Position numbers and translations under genes: made by a program | In this document: positions 46,956-56,452 of the stretch, one piece after another | How the letters are laid out: every line of letters starts with the position of its first letter | Position numbering within the stretch: the stretch's first letter is position 1 | The notes under the pieces: generated by a model | The model's database searches: none | Seen by the model: the letters and a program-made list of their open reading frames with translations, nothing else | What the model was told of the DNA's origin: nothing | NCBI GenBank assembly: GCA_963675785.1 | Contig: OY776562.1 | Location: 1,120,001-1,184,000, forward strand | Length of the DNA: 64,000 nucleotides | Origin: Anaerolineae bacterium | GTDB taxonomy: Bacteria; Chloroflexota; Anaerolineae; UBA1429 | Reading direction: 5' to 3'

Positions 46956-47915
46956 ATACCTAAATTCGAACTAGCTCCGTACAAGGGCGCTGAACATGGC
47001 AATTTTCAACAAGAGTGGGGACTTCACAGAGGCTGTTCGGATTGGTGGTATGCCACTGGGTATCTGCACGACGAGGCCGGGCACCTGTATTCATTCCAGC
47101 TTACGGTTTTCCGTGTCAAGGCATACTTGATCTATCCCTACGTCGTCATGCTGTCACTGACGGATTTTACCAAGGACAAGCACTACTTTTTCCACGATTT
47201 TCAACTCCGCGCCAAGGGCATTGTCATTGAGCCAGATACCATCGAGTTTCGCAATCTAGTCCGGATACACAAGGGGGAAAAGGAAATGACCCTTGCTGTT
47301 CGGCACAAGCATTTTTCTCTTGATCTAAAGCTCGACTATGGCAAAGGTGCTGTCTGGCACTGCGATGACGGACTGTTGCAGATGGGTATCCCGCACAAAA
47401 AAGAGACGACGATCTACTATTCCTATCCCAATATGCAAACCTCCGGTGCCATGACCCTGAACGATAAAACGCTTCCTGTTTCTGGCAAGGCCTGGTTTGA
47501 TAGGCAGGGTGGTCCTTACAACATGTTCAAAACCTTAACCCATTGGGAGTGGTTCTCACTTCGCTTCTTTGATGATGAAGAAATGATGCTCTTTTCTTTT
47601 CCCCAGACAGGACATCAGGATGGAACCTATATCGACAAGTACGGACAATCCACACGCCTGACGGACTATACTCTTACCCCCAGGGAGTTCATGATGAGCC
47701 CCGAGCCGCTCCGATATTCGTCCAAATGGGAACTCACCATTCCTGGGTTCAAAGAAGAACATTACACCATCCTTCCTCTCTCCAACCTGCAGTTCAATCT
47801 CAACTACTATGAGCTGTTGGCGGGCATACATAACCGCAACAACGAACGGGTAGGAATGTGTTTTGTTGAACTGCTCCCCGGTGCGCGCAACAAAAGGTAT
47901 TCGATAACCATCTAG
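46956..47915 (+). CDS. CrtC/AttH-type lipocalin-like protein; apparent ATA start or start-loss pseudogene
   Basis: Frame is open from 46926; DWWYATGYL lies upstream of the first canonical start (47127); YYSYP, GKAWFDRQ, WEWFSL, YYE motifs. Confidence 0.7.
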   Translation: MPKFELAPYKGAEHGNFQQEWGLHRGCSDWWYATGYLHDEAGHLYSFQLTVFRVKAYLIYPYVVMLSLTDFTKDKHYFFHDFQLRAKGIVIEPDTIEFRNLVRIHKGEKEMTLAVRHKHFSLDLKLDYGKGAVWHCDDGLLQMGIPHKKETTIYYSYPNMQTSGAMTLNDKTLPVSGKAWFDRQGGPYNMFKTLTHWEWFSLRFFDDEEMMLFSFPQTGHQDGTYIDKYGQSTRLTDYTLTPREFMMSPEPLRYSSKWELTIPGFKEEHYTILPLSNLQFNLNYYELLAGIHNRNNERVGMCFVELLPGARNKRYSITI

Positions 47916-48001
47916 CGCTCTACTAGAAGCTTGCTATGATGCAAGCAGTTCGTGGCAGCGTTGCATCGTTAGTCTAGCTAGTGGCACGCTAGCAAAAAAA
48001 G

Positions 48002-48031
48002 AGCAAGGTGCATCATTTGATGCACCTTGCT
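48002..48031. terminator. Terminator
   Basis: AGCAAGGTGCATCA / TGATGCACCTTGCT. Confidence 0.8.
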
Positions 48032-48106
48032 TTCTGCAATCTTGCAAGTCTGCTTCATTCGCAAGAGTTAATTCACTCTCAGCAGGTTTCTAGAGTCCGA
48101 ATCTTA

Positions 48107-48889
48107 TCAAGTTTCATCTACCCGCCCATATAAATAAGCCTTGCCCCGTTTCCCCACGCGCTCCAGGGCCCCTGCCTTATACAGCGTATAAGCCATGCGC
48201 CCTGCCAGCCGATTGCGAATGCCCGCGGCTTTGGCCAGTGCACTCACAGAAAAGGGATCGTCCAGCGTGGGGGGTAGTAGGGAAGCCAGATCGTTTGGAG
48301 AGGCAAAACGCCGCGATTCGAGCACTTGAACGAGTTCCTGCCCAACGATGCTGATGCCCTTGCGCCGCCAGCTTCCCTGGCCGTCGTTGCACCGCAGTTC
48401 GCGCCTTTCCACCAGCACCAGCTCTAGCTCGAAATTAGGATGTTTGAGCAATTTGGGGATGTAAACCAACTCGCCAAAGGCATCGAGATAACTTTCCTTT
48501 TTAGGCGAACGTCGCTCCCACAAGATTTCATCGCCTTCGGCGGCATAACAGCGCAGCCACTTTCGCGCCGAACGCGGATGTACCAGGCGCACCGGGTGCT
48601 CCTCCACCAATCGCTCCAGCTTGGGCCGTATTGCGCCCAACGAGCTCGTCTGCACCTCGATCAGCGTCTCGCCGCGCACCGCATCGATCACGCTGCCGTC
48701 CATCTCCACCTCGATGCGTCCCGTATCGCCAGCGGCCCATGCCACCAGTGCCCGATGCAAGTCGGTCTGCGCTCGCGTGCCAATGCCCACAGTCTCCACG
48801 CGCTCTTGGTAACCGGTTCGCGTCCCTTGATCGCTATTCTGCGGTTCTGGGCAGCTAGCTTGCGGCTCGGGCTCAATACGGTAGCTCAA
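48107..48889 (-). CDS. Hypothetical protein with PD-(D/E)xK-like motif and C-terminal winged helix
   Basis: LH..., IDAVRGETLIEVQT, RRSPK; C-terminal FSVSALAK...AYTL..AG.LERVGKRG.AYLY. Confidence 0.6.
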   Translation of the reverse strand: MSYRIEPEPQASCPEPQNSDQGTRTGYQERVETVGIGTRAQTDLHRALVAWAAGDTGRIEVEMDGSVIDAVRGETLIEVQTSSLGAIRPKLERLVEEHPVRLVHPRSARKWLRCYAAEGDEILWERRSPKKESYLDAFGELVYIPKLLKHPNFELELVLVERRELRCNDGQGSWRRKGISIVGQELVQVLESRRFASPNDLASLLPPTLDDPFSVSALAKAAGIRNRLAGRMAYTLYKAGALERVGKRGKAYLYGRVDET

Positions 48890-49005
48890 AACAGTCTCCC
48901 GTCCAGTGTTTTGTCCTATACTCAGTATGCTTTCTTAACAATCGCAAAAAATGGGCGCTTTTGCCCTTCCAAAATGCTCTTTTGTCAGTATACTCTCTGC
49001 TGCTT

Positions 49006-52000
49006 TTAGCGCCACAAACACAGCGACTCGACATAATCCTTTGAGCCGTCGCGGTACCACCCATCGCGTTGGGCCTGCTCTTTGAGCTGCTGCCCCCTGT
49101 TGCGATCGACGTGCAAGTAAAGCGGCTGTACCTCAGGCAAGCCGGTCATGTCACCCCAGAGCTTTTCATACTGCGCCACCGGATACACATCCTCCTGGCC
49201 GTGCCCCCAACGTTTCTTCACATCCTTGAGGGTGATGTAGGTAGGCACGCGGCGGGCCATAGTGCGCACAGCCCGGCGCACCAGCTGGGCGTCACCCAGG
49301 GTTTCGCGATCAAGGCCAAACAGCCTGAGCAAGGCATCAACATTCAGCCAAAAGGTGTTGGTGTTGTAATAGGTGAGCTGGAACTCGACCTCTTCACGGG
49401 GCATGGCCAATCCCTCGACCAGGCGCAGCTTGCCGTTTACGCGAGCCAAACCGCCGCCGCGGTCGTGCACCAGCCGTGGAATGACCTCCACGGCCCAATC
49501 GGCTTGCTGCTCCAGCAGTGTACCTACAATCTCGGCGTCGACGTTGGTGCCCACCGTGTCGATGTTGTGCACCATGAGGTACTGCACCGTGGGGTGTTCC
49601 TGCAAAAGCTGGTTGAGCGTGCCGCTGAGCAGCAGATTGGGCACTTCGTACCAGTGGCCCACGGGATTGATGCATTGCAGCGGCAGGTTATCCTGATAGT
49701 CCGTGCCTTCCCCCATGGCACGGGCCCAGGCAATAAGGGCGTTATGCTGGCTATCACGTACTTTTTGGGCCTGCTCGTCCAAGAGCTGCTGGGGCATCTC
49801 TTCCCAGGCAAAGCGCAAATCGCGCGTCATGGGGATGAGCCGCAGCCCCACCGATTGCCCCCGCGAGAGGTAGAGGGGGCCGTCATAACCATAGTTCTGC
49901 TCACGCTCGAGGGTGGCACTGATAGCCGGGTGGGTGAGATAGCTGGTGGTGATGATATGCGGCACAGCACAGGCGGCCAGTTCAGCCGTTTGGCGGCTTT
50001 TAGCCAAATGCACCTCGATAAAGGAGCGGTGCCGCGAAGCATCTTCACTACTGCCAAAGCGGCAGAACGGCGAAAGTGCCTTGACCACACCTGCCCCCTG
50101 GGTCCAGCGGCTGCCCACGCCACCCGCCAGGGTTACCACGGCGACGGACTGGTTATGCAGGGCTTGTAGGCCAAGCGCCCTGAGCGAAGCAGACTTTTCG
50201 CCGCCGATTTCTAGAACATCGCCCTCACGTACATCGGTGATCTGAGTGTTCACAGGCAATCGATTCTGGGCCAGGCCAATGCGCCCCTGCTGCAGGTCTT
50301 GCCTCAGAACGCGATGTCCTTCTTCATCAAAGCCCAATTCGTGCAACAGGTTGTCGAGTTCTCCGGGATGTTGGCCCTGGTTGGCCGCTGGTTTGTATGA
50401 TTCGGCCAAAGACTGCATCATGGCGGCCAGTTTTTCCTGCGGAGCCTTGTGGCGCGCGTAATAAGCCAGCTCGTTACGGCGGACATCGGTAGCGGCTTCA
50501 CGACCACTAAGCACGCCGGGGCTGGTAATGTCATAGTAGCGATTGGGCAGCAGAGCCTGTTGGCCACGATAGATCTCGCCCATGGTGCCATAGTCGTTGA
50601 TGCTCATATCATAGACCACGGGATCCATGGCAAAAGACAGGGCCTGCTCCAATTCTCTCTTGAGCCCCAGCATGATGCCGCCCAGCTCTTCCTGGGCTTG
50701 CAGGCGCACTTTGGGATCGACGATAAAGCCCATGCCACCGCCAGACATACCGCCGAGCATCCAGAATCCCCAGTAATCGGCGCCAAAACGCGCTTTGACG
50801 CGGGCGATCAACTCTTCGGTGTAGAGGTTGGAGGCCCAGGGGATGATATCCTGAATAGGGCTGGCAAAGTTGTGCGCAGTCGCCTGGCCCAGGCCGCGGA
50901 TGTCACCGCGTTCGAGGTGACCGACGATGCTATCAAAGAGGGACATGGCTTGCTGACGTGCTTTCCACTCTTTATGGCTGCGCAGCAAATAGCGTTCGGT
51001 AACCATCTCTAAAATGGGGCCAACATTCTGTGCCATGCCGCCGTGCACCAGCACCAGGCTGTCTTGCAGGGCTTGGCGAGCGGATTCTGGCACGCGATCG
51101 CGCCCTAGAATGGTGTGTTGAGGCAACAAGCAACCACGACTGGTGCCATACTCGGGATCACCCTCGGCTGCACGCACGCCCTCGATAAGTTTAATGCCCG
51201 GCCAGACGCCACCGGAATCCTGCCAACCGCCACCGGAGCCGCCTAACCATTCGCCCAGAATGGCCCGAGCAGCTACTGTGCGACGCTCGCCATCTTGCAG
51301 GCCGCCGCGCAGATTGACGGTTTGGCCCGTGGCGCGCATACAGGTGGTGATAATGGCCGCCAACAAGTTGGTGGAGACGGCCAAGCGTGAGCCTTTGGGG
51401 ATATCGCGGACGCGCGAAACCAGCTCGATGCCCTTTCCGGGGCCGACCAGTTGCACCAGTAACTCGGAGAGAGGCTGTTCAGCGCCCTCGATGCCGGGAG
51501 GTACGATGCCAGCGGCGATGATGCCTGCCTTGAGCAGGCCCAAATAGTCGCGTGCATAATCAAATATCTCGTCCAGACTGGTGATGTCGGCGCGTGCACC
51601 CAGATCTACGCAGCACAGGCGGATGAGGGGTTCATCAATGACGCGCAAATAAGCCTCGACGGGCGGTGCGGCAATGGGGTCGCGGCCGTGCACGCCAAGA
51701 TCGATGGAGACGTTGAGCACCCGGGCACCTTCAGGATAATCCATGCCCAGGAAAAAGATGTCGCTCCAACCACTGTGACTCAGATCCATGCGTACTGGTG
51801 TGCGCTCTACCAACAGCGGATAGAGGCCCGTTTCTGCATCGCGCTGGAGCATCTCGGGGCGAAAGCGGAGAGGATGATCGAGCGGGTGGCCCATGCGAAA
51901 TATCCACTGATTGCCGCGTACCGAGCGCACGCTCTTTTTCACCTGATTGGCCAGATGCTGAAAACCGAGAGCGTGATAGGCCTCGGCCAGCGCACTGGAG

Positions 52001-52335
52001 AGCGCGTCCGAAGGGCCATTGGCCGCTTGAGCCGCCAGCAGCGTATCAATGGATTCTTCAAAGCGCCGCTCGAGAAGATAGGTATAACTATCAAAGGGAA
52101 TGTGGGTGGTCGCATTGCCCAGTGTTCCCTCCAAGCGAAAGCGATGCAGCGCATAGAGGAAAAAGCAGGCGCGAACCCGCTCGTACAGGTTGCTTGCTTG
52201 ACGGCGAAAGGCGTCCAGGGCAGCGCATTCTGCTAAAAGCTGCTTCGTCGTCAGACCCTGACAGACTTGTTCCAGGGGAGTGTTACGCACAGCAGGGTTT
52301 TGCGCAGTGATGATTTCGACGAGGCGGCTGGTCAT
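49006..52335 (-). CDS. Fusion of a GHMP (fucokinase/HddA-like) sugar kinase and a UDPGP-family nucleotidyltransferase
   Basis: PVRMDL...GWSD, IPKGSRLAVS, GSGGGWQD, LGGMSGGG; C-terminal LAGGVGSRW, PVGH, HNIDT, GGGL, YYNTN, QYEK. Confidence 0.8.
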   Translation of the reverse strand: MTSRLVEIITAQNPAVRNTPLEQVCQGLTTKQLLAECAALDAFRRQASNLYERVRACFFLYALHRFRLEGTLGNATTHIPFDSYTYLLERRFEESIDTLLAAQAANGPSDALSSALAEAYHALGFQHLANQVKKSVRSVRGNQWIFRMGHPLDHPLRFRPEMLQRDAETGLYPLLVERTPVRMDLSHSGWSDIFFLGMDYPEGARVLNVSIDLGVHGRDPIAAPPVEAYLRVIDEPLIRLCCVDLGARADITSLDEIFDYARDYLGLLKAGIIAAGIVPPGIEGAEQPLSELLVQLVGPGKGIELVSRVRDIPKGSRLAVSTNLLAAIITTCMRATGQTVNLRGGLQDGERRTVAARAILGEWLGGSGGGWQDSGGVWPGIKLIEGVRAAEGDPEYGTSRGCLLPQHTILGRDRVPESARQALQDSLVLVHGGMAQNVGPILEMVTERYLLRSHKEWKARQQAMSLFDSIVGHLERGDIRGLGQATAHNFASPIQDIIPWASNLYTEELIARVKARFGADYWGFWMLGGMSGGGMGFIVDPKVRLQAQEELGGIMLGLKRELEQALSFAMDPVVYDMSINDYGTMGEIYRGQQALLPNRYYDITSPGVLSGREAATDVRRNELAYYARHKAPQEKLAAMMQSLAESYKPAANQGQHPGELDNLLHELGFDEEGHRVLRQDLQQGRIGLAQNRLPVNTQITDVREGDVLEIGGEKSASLRALGLQALHNQSVAVVTLAGGVGSRWTQGAGVVKALSPFCRFGSSEDASRHRSFIEVHLAKSRQTAELAACAVPHIITTSYLTHPAISATLEREQNYGYDGPLYLSRGQSVGLRLIPMTRDLRFAWEEMPQQLLDEQAQKVRDSQHNALIAWARAMGEGTDYQDNLPLQCINPVGHWYEVPNLLLSGTLNQLLQEHPTVQYLMVHNIDTVGTNVDAEIVGTLLEQQADWAVEVIPRLVHDRGGGLARVNGKLRLVEGLAMPREEVEFQLTYYNTNTFWLNVDALLRLFGLDRETLGDAQLVRRAVRTMARRVPTYITLKDVKKRWGHGQEDVYPVAQYEKLWGDMTGLPEVQPLYLHVDRNRGQQLKEQAQRDGWYRDGSKDYVESLCLWR

Positions 52336-53195
52336 GGGGTCGTTTCCTCGCCGTTTCGTCCCGTTTCGGCCAGCAATTCGACCAATTTGGTGAGCACCTG
52401 ATCTCTTTGCGAGCCGCTGAGGGCCAGAGCTAGGCGAGCGACGAGCATACCATAGCGCACGCCCACGTCGTAGCGGGTGCCATCAGCGATGAGTGCGAGG
52501 TAGCGTTCGCGCCGGGCCAGTTCATCGAGAGCGCCAGAGAGGTTGATGGAGGCTCCCGGGCGACTGTCGAGCTGCTCTGCCAGGATGCCGTGAATGCTGG
52601 CTGGCAGCACGTGCATGCCAAAGAAGCAGAGATAGCGCCCAGCCCGTAAGCCAGGAACCACCAACTCTTGCTCGGCCACCGTGGGCGTTGGTTTTTCTAA
52701 CACACGTTCGATCTCGTACATGCCGCGGGCACCGGCCACACGGCGGCCACCCACACAGCCATAATAGGGCAACTGGCTCTCGCGGGTGGGCTGCACAGCT
52801 GAAACGGCGCAATCGTTGGCCTGAGCCACTTGCACAAGTCGCGAGGCGCAGCTTTGGGCTCCTGTGGAGACGAACAAGTGATCGCCAACGATGTGCAAAA
52901 AGGCTTCGTCGCCGGTATATTCACGGGCGCAATAAATGGCGTGACCATACCCCCGCGGGTCGTGCTGTTCGATAAAGGTAATGTGCTGGGCCAGCTCACC
53001 GGCAGCTTCGCGATAACGTTCGCGTTCGCCTGGGCAAATGACAACACCGATGTCCTTGATGCCTGCGTTCAGCGCCTCCTGGGCCAAAAGGTAGAGCAAC
53101 GAGCGCTCGTCGCCATTCTGGTCCTCCAGAGTCTGAATGGGCAGATGGCGCTGTGCGCGTAAAGCCGCGGTGATTAACGCTTTGCGAACCTGCAT
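52332..53195 (-). CDS. GalU-like sugar-phosphate nucleotidyltransferase with degenerate signature
   Basis: KALITAA, Q.DPRGYGHAI, VGDH, YGCV, LEKP, RYDVG. Confidence 0.8.
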   Translation of the reverse strand: MQVRKALITAALRAQRHLPIQTLEDQNGDERSLLYLLAQEALNAGIKDIGVVICPGERERYREAAGELAQHITFIEQHDPRGYGHAIYCAREYTGDEAFLHIVGDHLFVSTGAQSCASRLVQVAQANDCAVSAVQPTRESQLPYYGCVGGRRVAGARGMYEIERVLEKPTPTVAEQELVVPGLRAGRYLCFFGMHVLPASIHGILAEQLDSRPGASINLSGALDELARRERYLALIADGTRYDVGVRYGMLVARLALALSGSQRDQVLTKLVELLAETGRNGEETTP

Positions 53196-53211
53196 GTGAC
53201 CTCCAGAATCA

Positions 53212-53796
53212 TCAGATGAAAATGGTTAGCCAGGCAGCCAGACCGCCAATCAAGGAGACACCAGCGAGAATCCAAAAGGCGCGCCCGGTGGCAGGACTTG
53301 GCCAAAGTTGCGTGTATTTGAGCACCAAGGCCTGGACGTTCTCCCAGGCTTTATCCGAGGCGAAAATACGCTGCGGCAGGACATTGTAGACGTGCTGCTC
53401 GTGGTAGAGAAGTAGGGTTCTACTATTGGCGCGAAAACCGAGGATCTTGCTCCAGGGAATTTTGCTCTGCCCGGCGCTGGTTTTGATGGTCAGGCCCGTG
53501 TCGTCGATCTTGCCTTCAATAATGCCCCGTACGACGGGCTGCCGCTGCCATTGCGCAGAGGCTTGCAAGCGGGCAAAGATGCTGCGTGCGTTCCAAAGGA
53601 TAACCCAAAAGGGGATGAGCACGATGGCCAAAACCATATACTCGTCATAGTTCAAGGCGACAGCAGCGAGAGTGATTGTGCCAAACACAGCGATAGAAGC
53701 TTGTGCAAGGGTGGTAGTGCGATTCTGGCGGGCATGCAGCGTCGCTGCGCCCATGAACTCGTTGCGAGTCAGCCGTCCTTTGAATTCAGCTTTCAC
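53212..53796 (-). CDS. YcxB-like membrane protein
   Basis: Two N-terminal TMs; G+.+......S.IPWS.I...LLLY...LP.R.F C-terminal domain; GTG start after AGGAG. Confidence 0.7.
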   Translation of the reverse strand: MKAEFKGRLTRNEFMGAATLHARQNRTTTLAQASIAVFGTITLAAVALNYDEYMVLAIVLIPFWVILWNARSIFARLQASAQWQRQPVVRGIIEGKIDDTGLTIKTSAGQSKIPWSKILGFRANSRTLLLYHEQHVYNVLPQRIFASDKAWENVQALVLKYTQLWPSPATGRAFWILAGVSLIGGLAAWLTIFI

Positions 53797-53963
53797 AGCA
53801 TACTCCTGGTTCTGAAGGGCTTGCGCCAAAGTTTCATAGAACGCCTCTAGTTTATGCTTTGCGGACGCTTTTGCCAAGGTTACGCACTTGCTTGACAGGC
53901 CTAGCACACCCCCATACCATTCTCTTGGTAGATTGATAGCTATATCATGGGGGAATAGGCTTG

Positions 53964-55349
53964 ATGGAGATCAAACTGGCGATTATCGGCGGGGGCAGTG
54001 TCAACTGGATGCGCGGTTTGATGCGCGATGTGTATTTGATGGATGACATCGATGGTGGTGAGATTCGCCTCGTCGATCCCCAAACCGGGACGGTGCAAGC
54101 TGTCGCCGATATGCTCAGTGCCTTTAACGTGATGCGCGACAAGCACTATGCTATATCCGTCGTCGATGATCGTAAAGAGGCATTGGATGGCGTGGATTTT
54201 TGCCTGACGACGTTTAGCCCTGGCACCATGGATGCCTTTTATAACGATCTTGAAATCCCTATTCGCTATGGCATACGCCAGCCCGTTTCTATGACAGTTG
54301 GCCCCTGCGGTATCTCGGCGGCGTTGCGCACGGCGCCCGTTGCTTACGAGATCGTCGAGGACATGGAAGAGATGTGCCCCGGCGCCTGGTTGCTCAATGT
54401 TACCAACCCCATGAGCGTGGTTACCCGCGCCATGAACGTAGCGGCGCGAACGATCAAGGTGGTGGGCATGTGTCACGAATTCCACGCCTTTTCGCACTAT
54501 ATCGGCGAGTTGATTGGTCTGCCTAAACCCGAGGGGATGCACACGCTGGATTATCTCTATCGCTGGCTGCCCGAACAGGGCCTGGATTACACTGTGGCTG
54601 GCGTGAACCACTTTGTCTGGCTCACCCAGGCGGCGCTCAACGGCGAGGACATGATCCCTGTGATTCGGAACTATTGCGATGAGCACTGGGATCGTATGCC
54701 AGAGGGTCAGGTCAACAATCTCAGCGCCTGGGAGAACAAGACGCAGGCAGTCAAGATGGCCTACTGCCGCCAGTTTGGCTATATGCCCTTGGCAGGAGAT
54801 CGCCATCTCATCGAGTTTTGGCCTCACTTTTGCAATGCCCGTAACGGCTGGGGCATGAAATACAATGTCATCAAGACTACGGTGGATTCCCGGCGTTCTG
54901 ACAAGGAGCATCAACTGTCCACTATCCGCGGCATTGCTGCTGGGACTGAAACAGTGGATTGGACACAAAGCCCGGAAGAGATGACCGAAATCATCAAGGC
55001 AGTGACCTATAACCGCGAGACAACGGCTATTGTCAACATGCCCAACCAGGGGCAGATCAGCAACATGCCAGAAGGCGTGGTGGTAGAGACTTTGGCCACA
55101 GTGTCATCCCAGGGCGTGGCGCCCAAACCATCAGGAGATTTGCCAGGTGCTGTAGGCTCGCTGTGCAGGCTACATGCGGATGTTCACGCGTTGACCTACG
55201 CCGCCGCCATTGAAGGCAGCCGTGACAAGTTCATTCAGGCGCTGTCGTTGGATCCGTTGTCGGCCGGTGCTGATTTTACTGAACTCCCCGATCTGGCAGA
55301 TGAACTACTCGAGGCGAATCGTCAGTGGTTGCCCCGTTTCTTTGATTAA
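53964..55349 (+). CDS. Glycoside hydrolase family 4 (divergent)
   Basis: IIGGGS, TVGPCG, NVTNP, GMCHE, GVNHF, GDRHLIEF. Confidence 0.9.
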   Translation: MEIKLAIIGGGSVNWMRGLMRDVYLMDDIDGGEIRLVDPQTGTVQAVADMLSAFNVMRDKHYAISVVDDRKEALDGVDFCLTTFSPGTMDAFYNDLEIPIRYGIRQPVSMTVGPCGISAALRTAPVAYEIVEDMEEMCPGAWLLNVTNPMSVVTRAMNVAARTIKVVGMCHEFHAFSHYIGELIGLPKPEGMHTLDYLYRWLPEQGLDYTVAGVNHFVWLTQAALNGEDMIPVIRNYCDEHWDRMPEGQVNNLSAWENKTQAVKMAYCRQFGYMPLAGDRHLIEFWPHFCNARNGWGMKYNVIKTTVDSRRSDKEHQLSTIRGIAAGTETVDWTQSPEEMTEIIKAVTYNRETTAIVNMPNQGQISNMPEGVVVETLATVSSQGVAPKPSGDLPGAVGSLCRLHADVHALTYAAAIEGSRDKFIQALSLDPLSAGADFTELPDLADELLEANRQWLPRFFD

Positions 55350-55369
55350 CGATTGAGAGGAGAATCATC

Positions 55370-56452
55370 ATGCCCGAGTACCGACGAAACCCGCGGCTTT
55401 TGAACAGAATGCTTCCCGTAGAGTTTGTGTTTGCACCCGCGTGGTGGCGGGCTAATACGGGCATGCGTTTTGATGTTGACTTTTTCTACGACCCCACGCG
55501 ACGCGTAGCTGCGGAACAGCAGATGGAGCAGGCGCTGTTCGAAAGATGGGGTGCGTTCGGTCTGGGAGAGTACGCCAATCTACCCCGTCCCGAAGTAGGG
55601 CCGGTGCACCTGGCGGCAGGCTATCTCATTCAAGAGATGCTGGGTTGCAAGGTGGTTTATGCCGAGGAGCACCCGCCCGAGGTGTTGCCTCTCAATGGCA
55701 AATTAGAACCCGTGGATGTAGGCGCGGCCTTTAGCAGCCCTGCTTTTGTGCGGTTTACAGCACTGGTGGAAGCGCTCAAGAGTGAGTATGGCTATGTCTG
55801 CGGTGATGTGAACTGGTCGGGCGTGCTCAATGTGGCGCTGGATCTGCGCGGTCAGGCGCTGCTCATGGATATGATGGATCAGCCGGGCAAAGTGGGCATG
55901 TTTTTTGAGAGTATTGCCGATGTCATCGAGCGGTTTGTGGACTATGTAGAGGGCCAGACGGGCACCAGTTCGATCTCGGTGAACCGCATCGTCCGACATA
56001 TTGAACCGTCAATCGCGCTGCATTCCGAGTGCTCTCACACCATGATTGCCACACGCGATTACGATACCCTGCTCAAAGCATATGACGAACGCTGGTGCAC
56101 ATCGTGGCCCGGTTATGGCATACACTATTGCGGCAAAGATCCACACCGCTATGCCAAGACCTTTGCCTCACTGCCACGCCTCGACTTTCTCGACCTTGGC
56201 TGGGGAGGTGACGTGGCTGCTATCAGGGCTGCCTTGCCCGAGACCTTTTTGAGCATCCGCATGAGTCCAGTTTGGCTCATCGATGCCAGCGTTGAGGCGG
56301 TCAAGGAGACGGTTCATCGCCTTGTTCGGGAGAGCGGTAACCCCTGGTTGACGGGCGTTTGCTGCATCAACATGGATGAAAAGGTATCGGACGACAAAGT
56401 AACGGCGATACTGGAGACCGTGCAGGCGTTACGAACAGAGTACGAGGAATAA
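55370..56452 (+). CDS. Uroporphyrinogen-decarboxylase/MtaA-fold protein
   Basis: LNVALDLRG...MDM..P, HSECS, GIHYCG, C-terminal CCIN; size fits a URO-D TIM barrel. Confidence 0.6.
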   Translation: MPEYRRNPRLLNRMLPVEFVFAPAWWRANTGMRFDVDFFYDPTRRVAAEQQMEQALFERWGAFGLGEYANLPRPEVGPVHLAAGYLIQEMLGCKVVYAEEHPPEVLPLNGKLEPVDVGAAFSSPAFVRFTALVEALKSEYGYVCGDVNWSGVLNVALDLRGQALLMDMMDQPGKVGMFFESIADVIERFVDYVEGQTGTSSISVNRIVRHIEPSIALHSECSHTMIATRDYDTLLKAYDERWCTSWPGYGIHYCGKDPHRYAKTFASLPRLDFLDLGWGGDVAAIRAALPETFLSIRMSPVWLIDASVEAVKETVHRLVRESGNPWLTGVCCINMDEKVSDDKVTAILETVQALRTEYEE

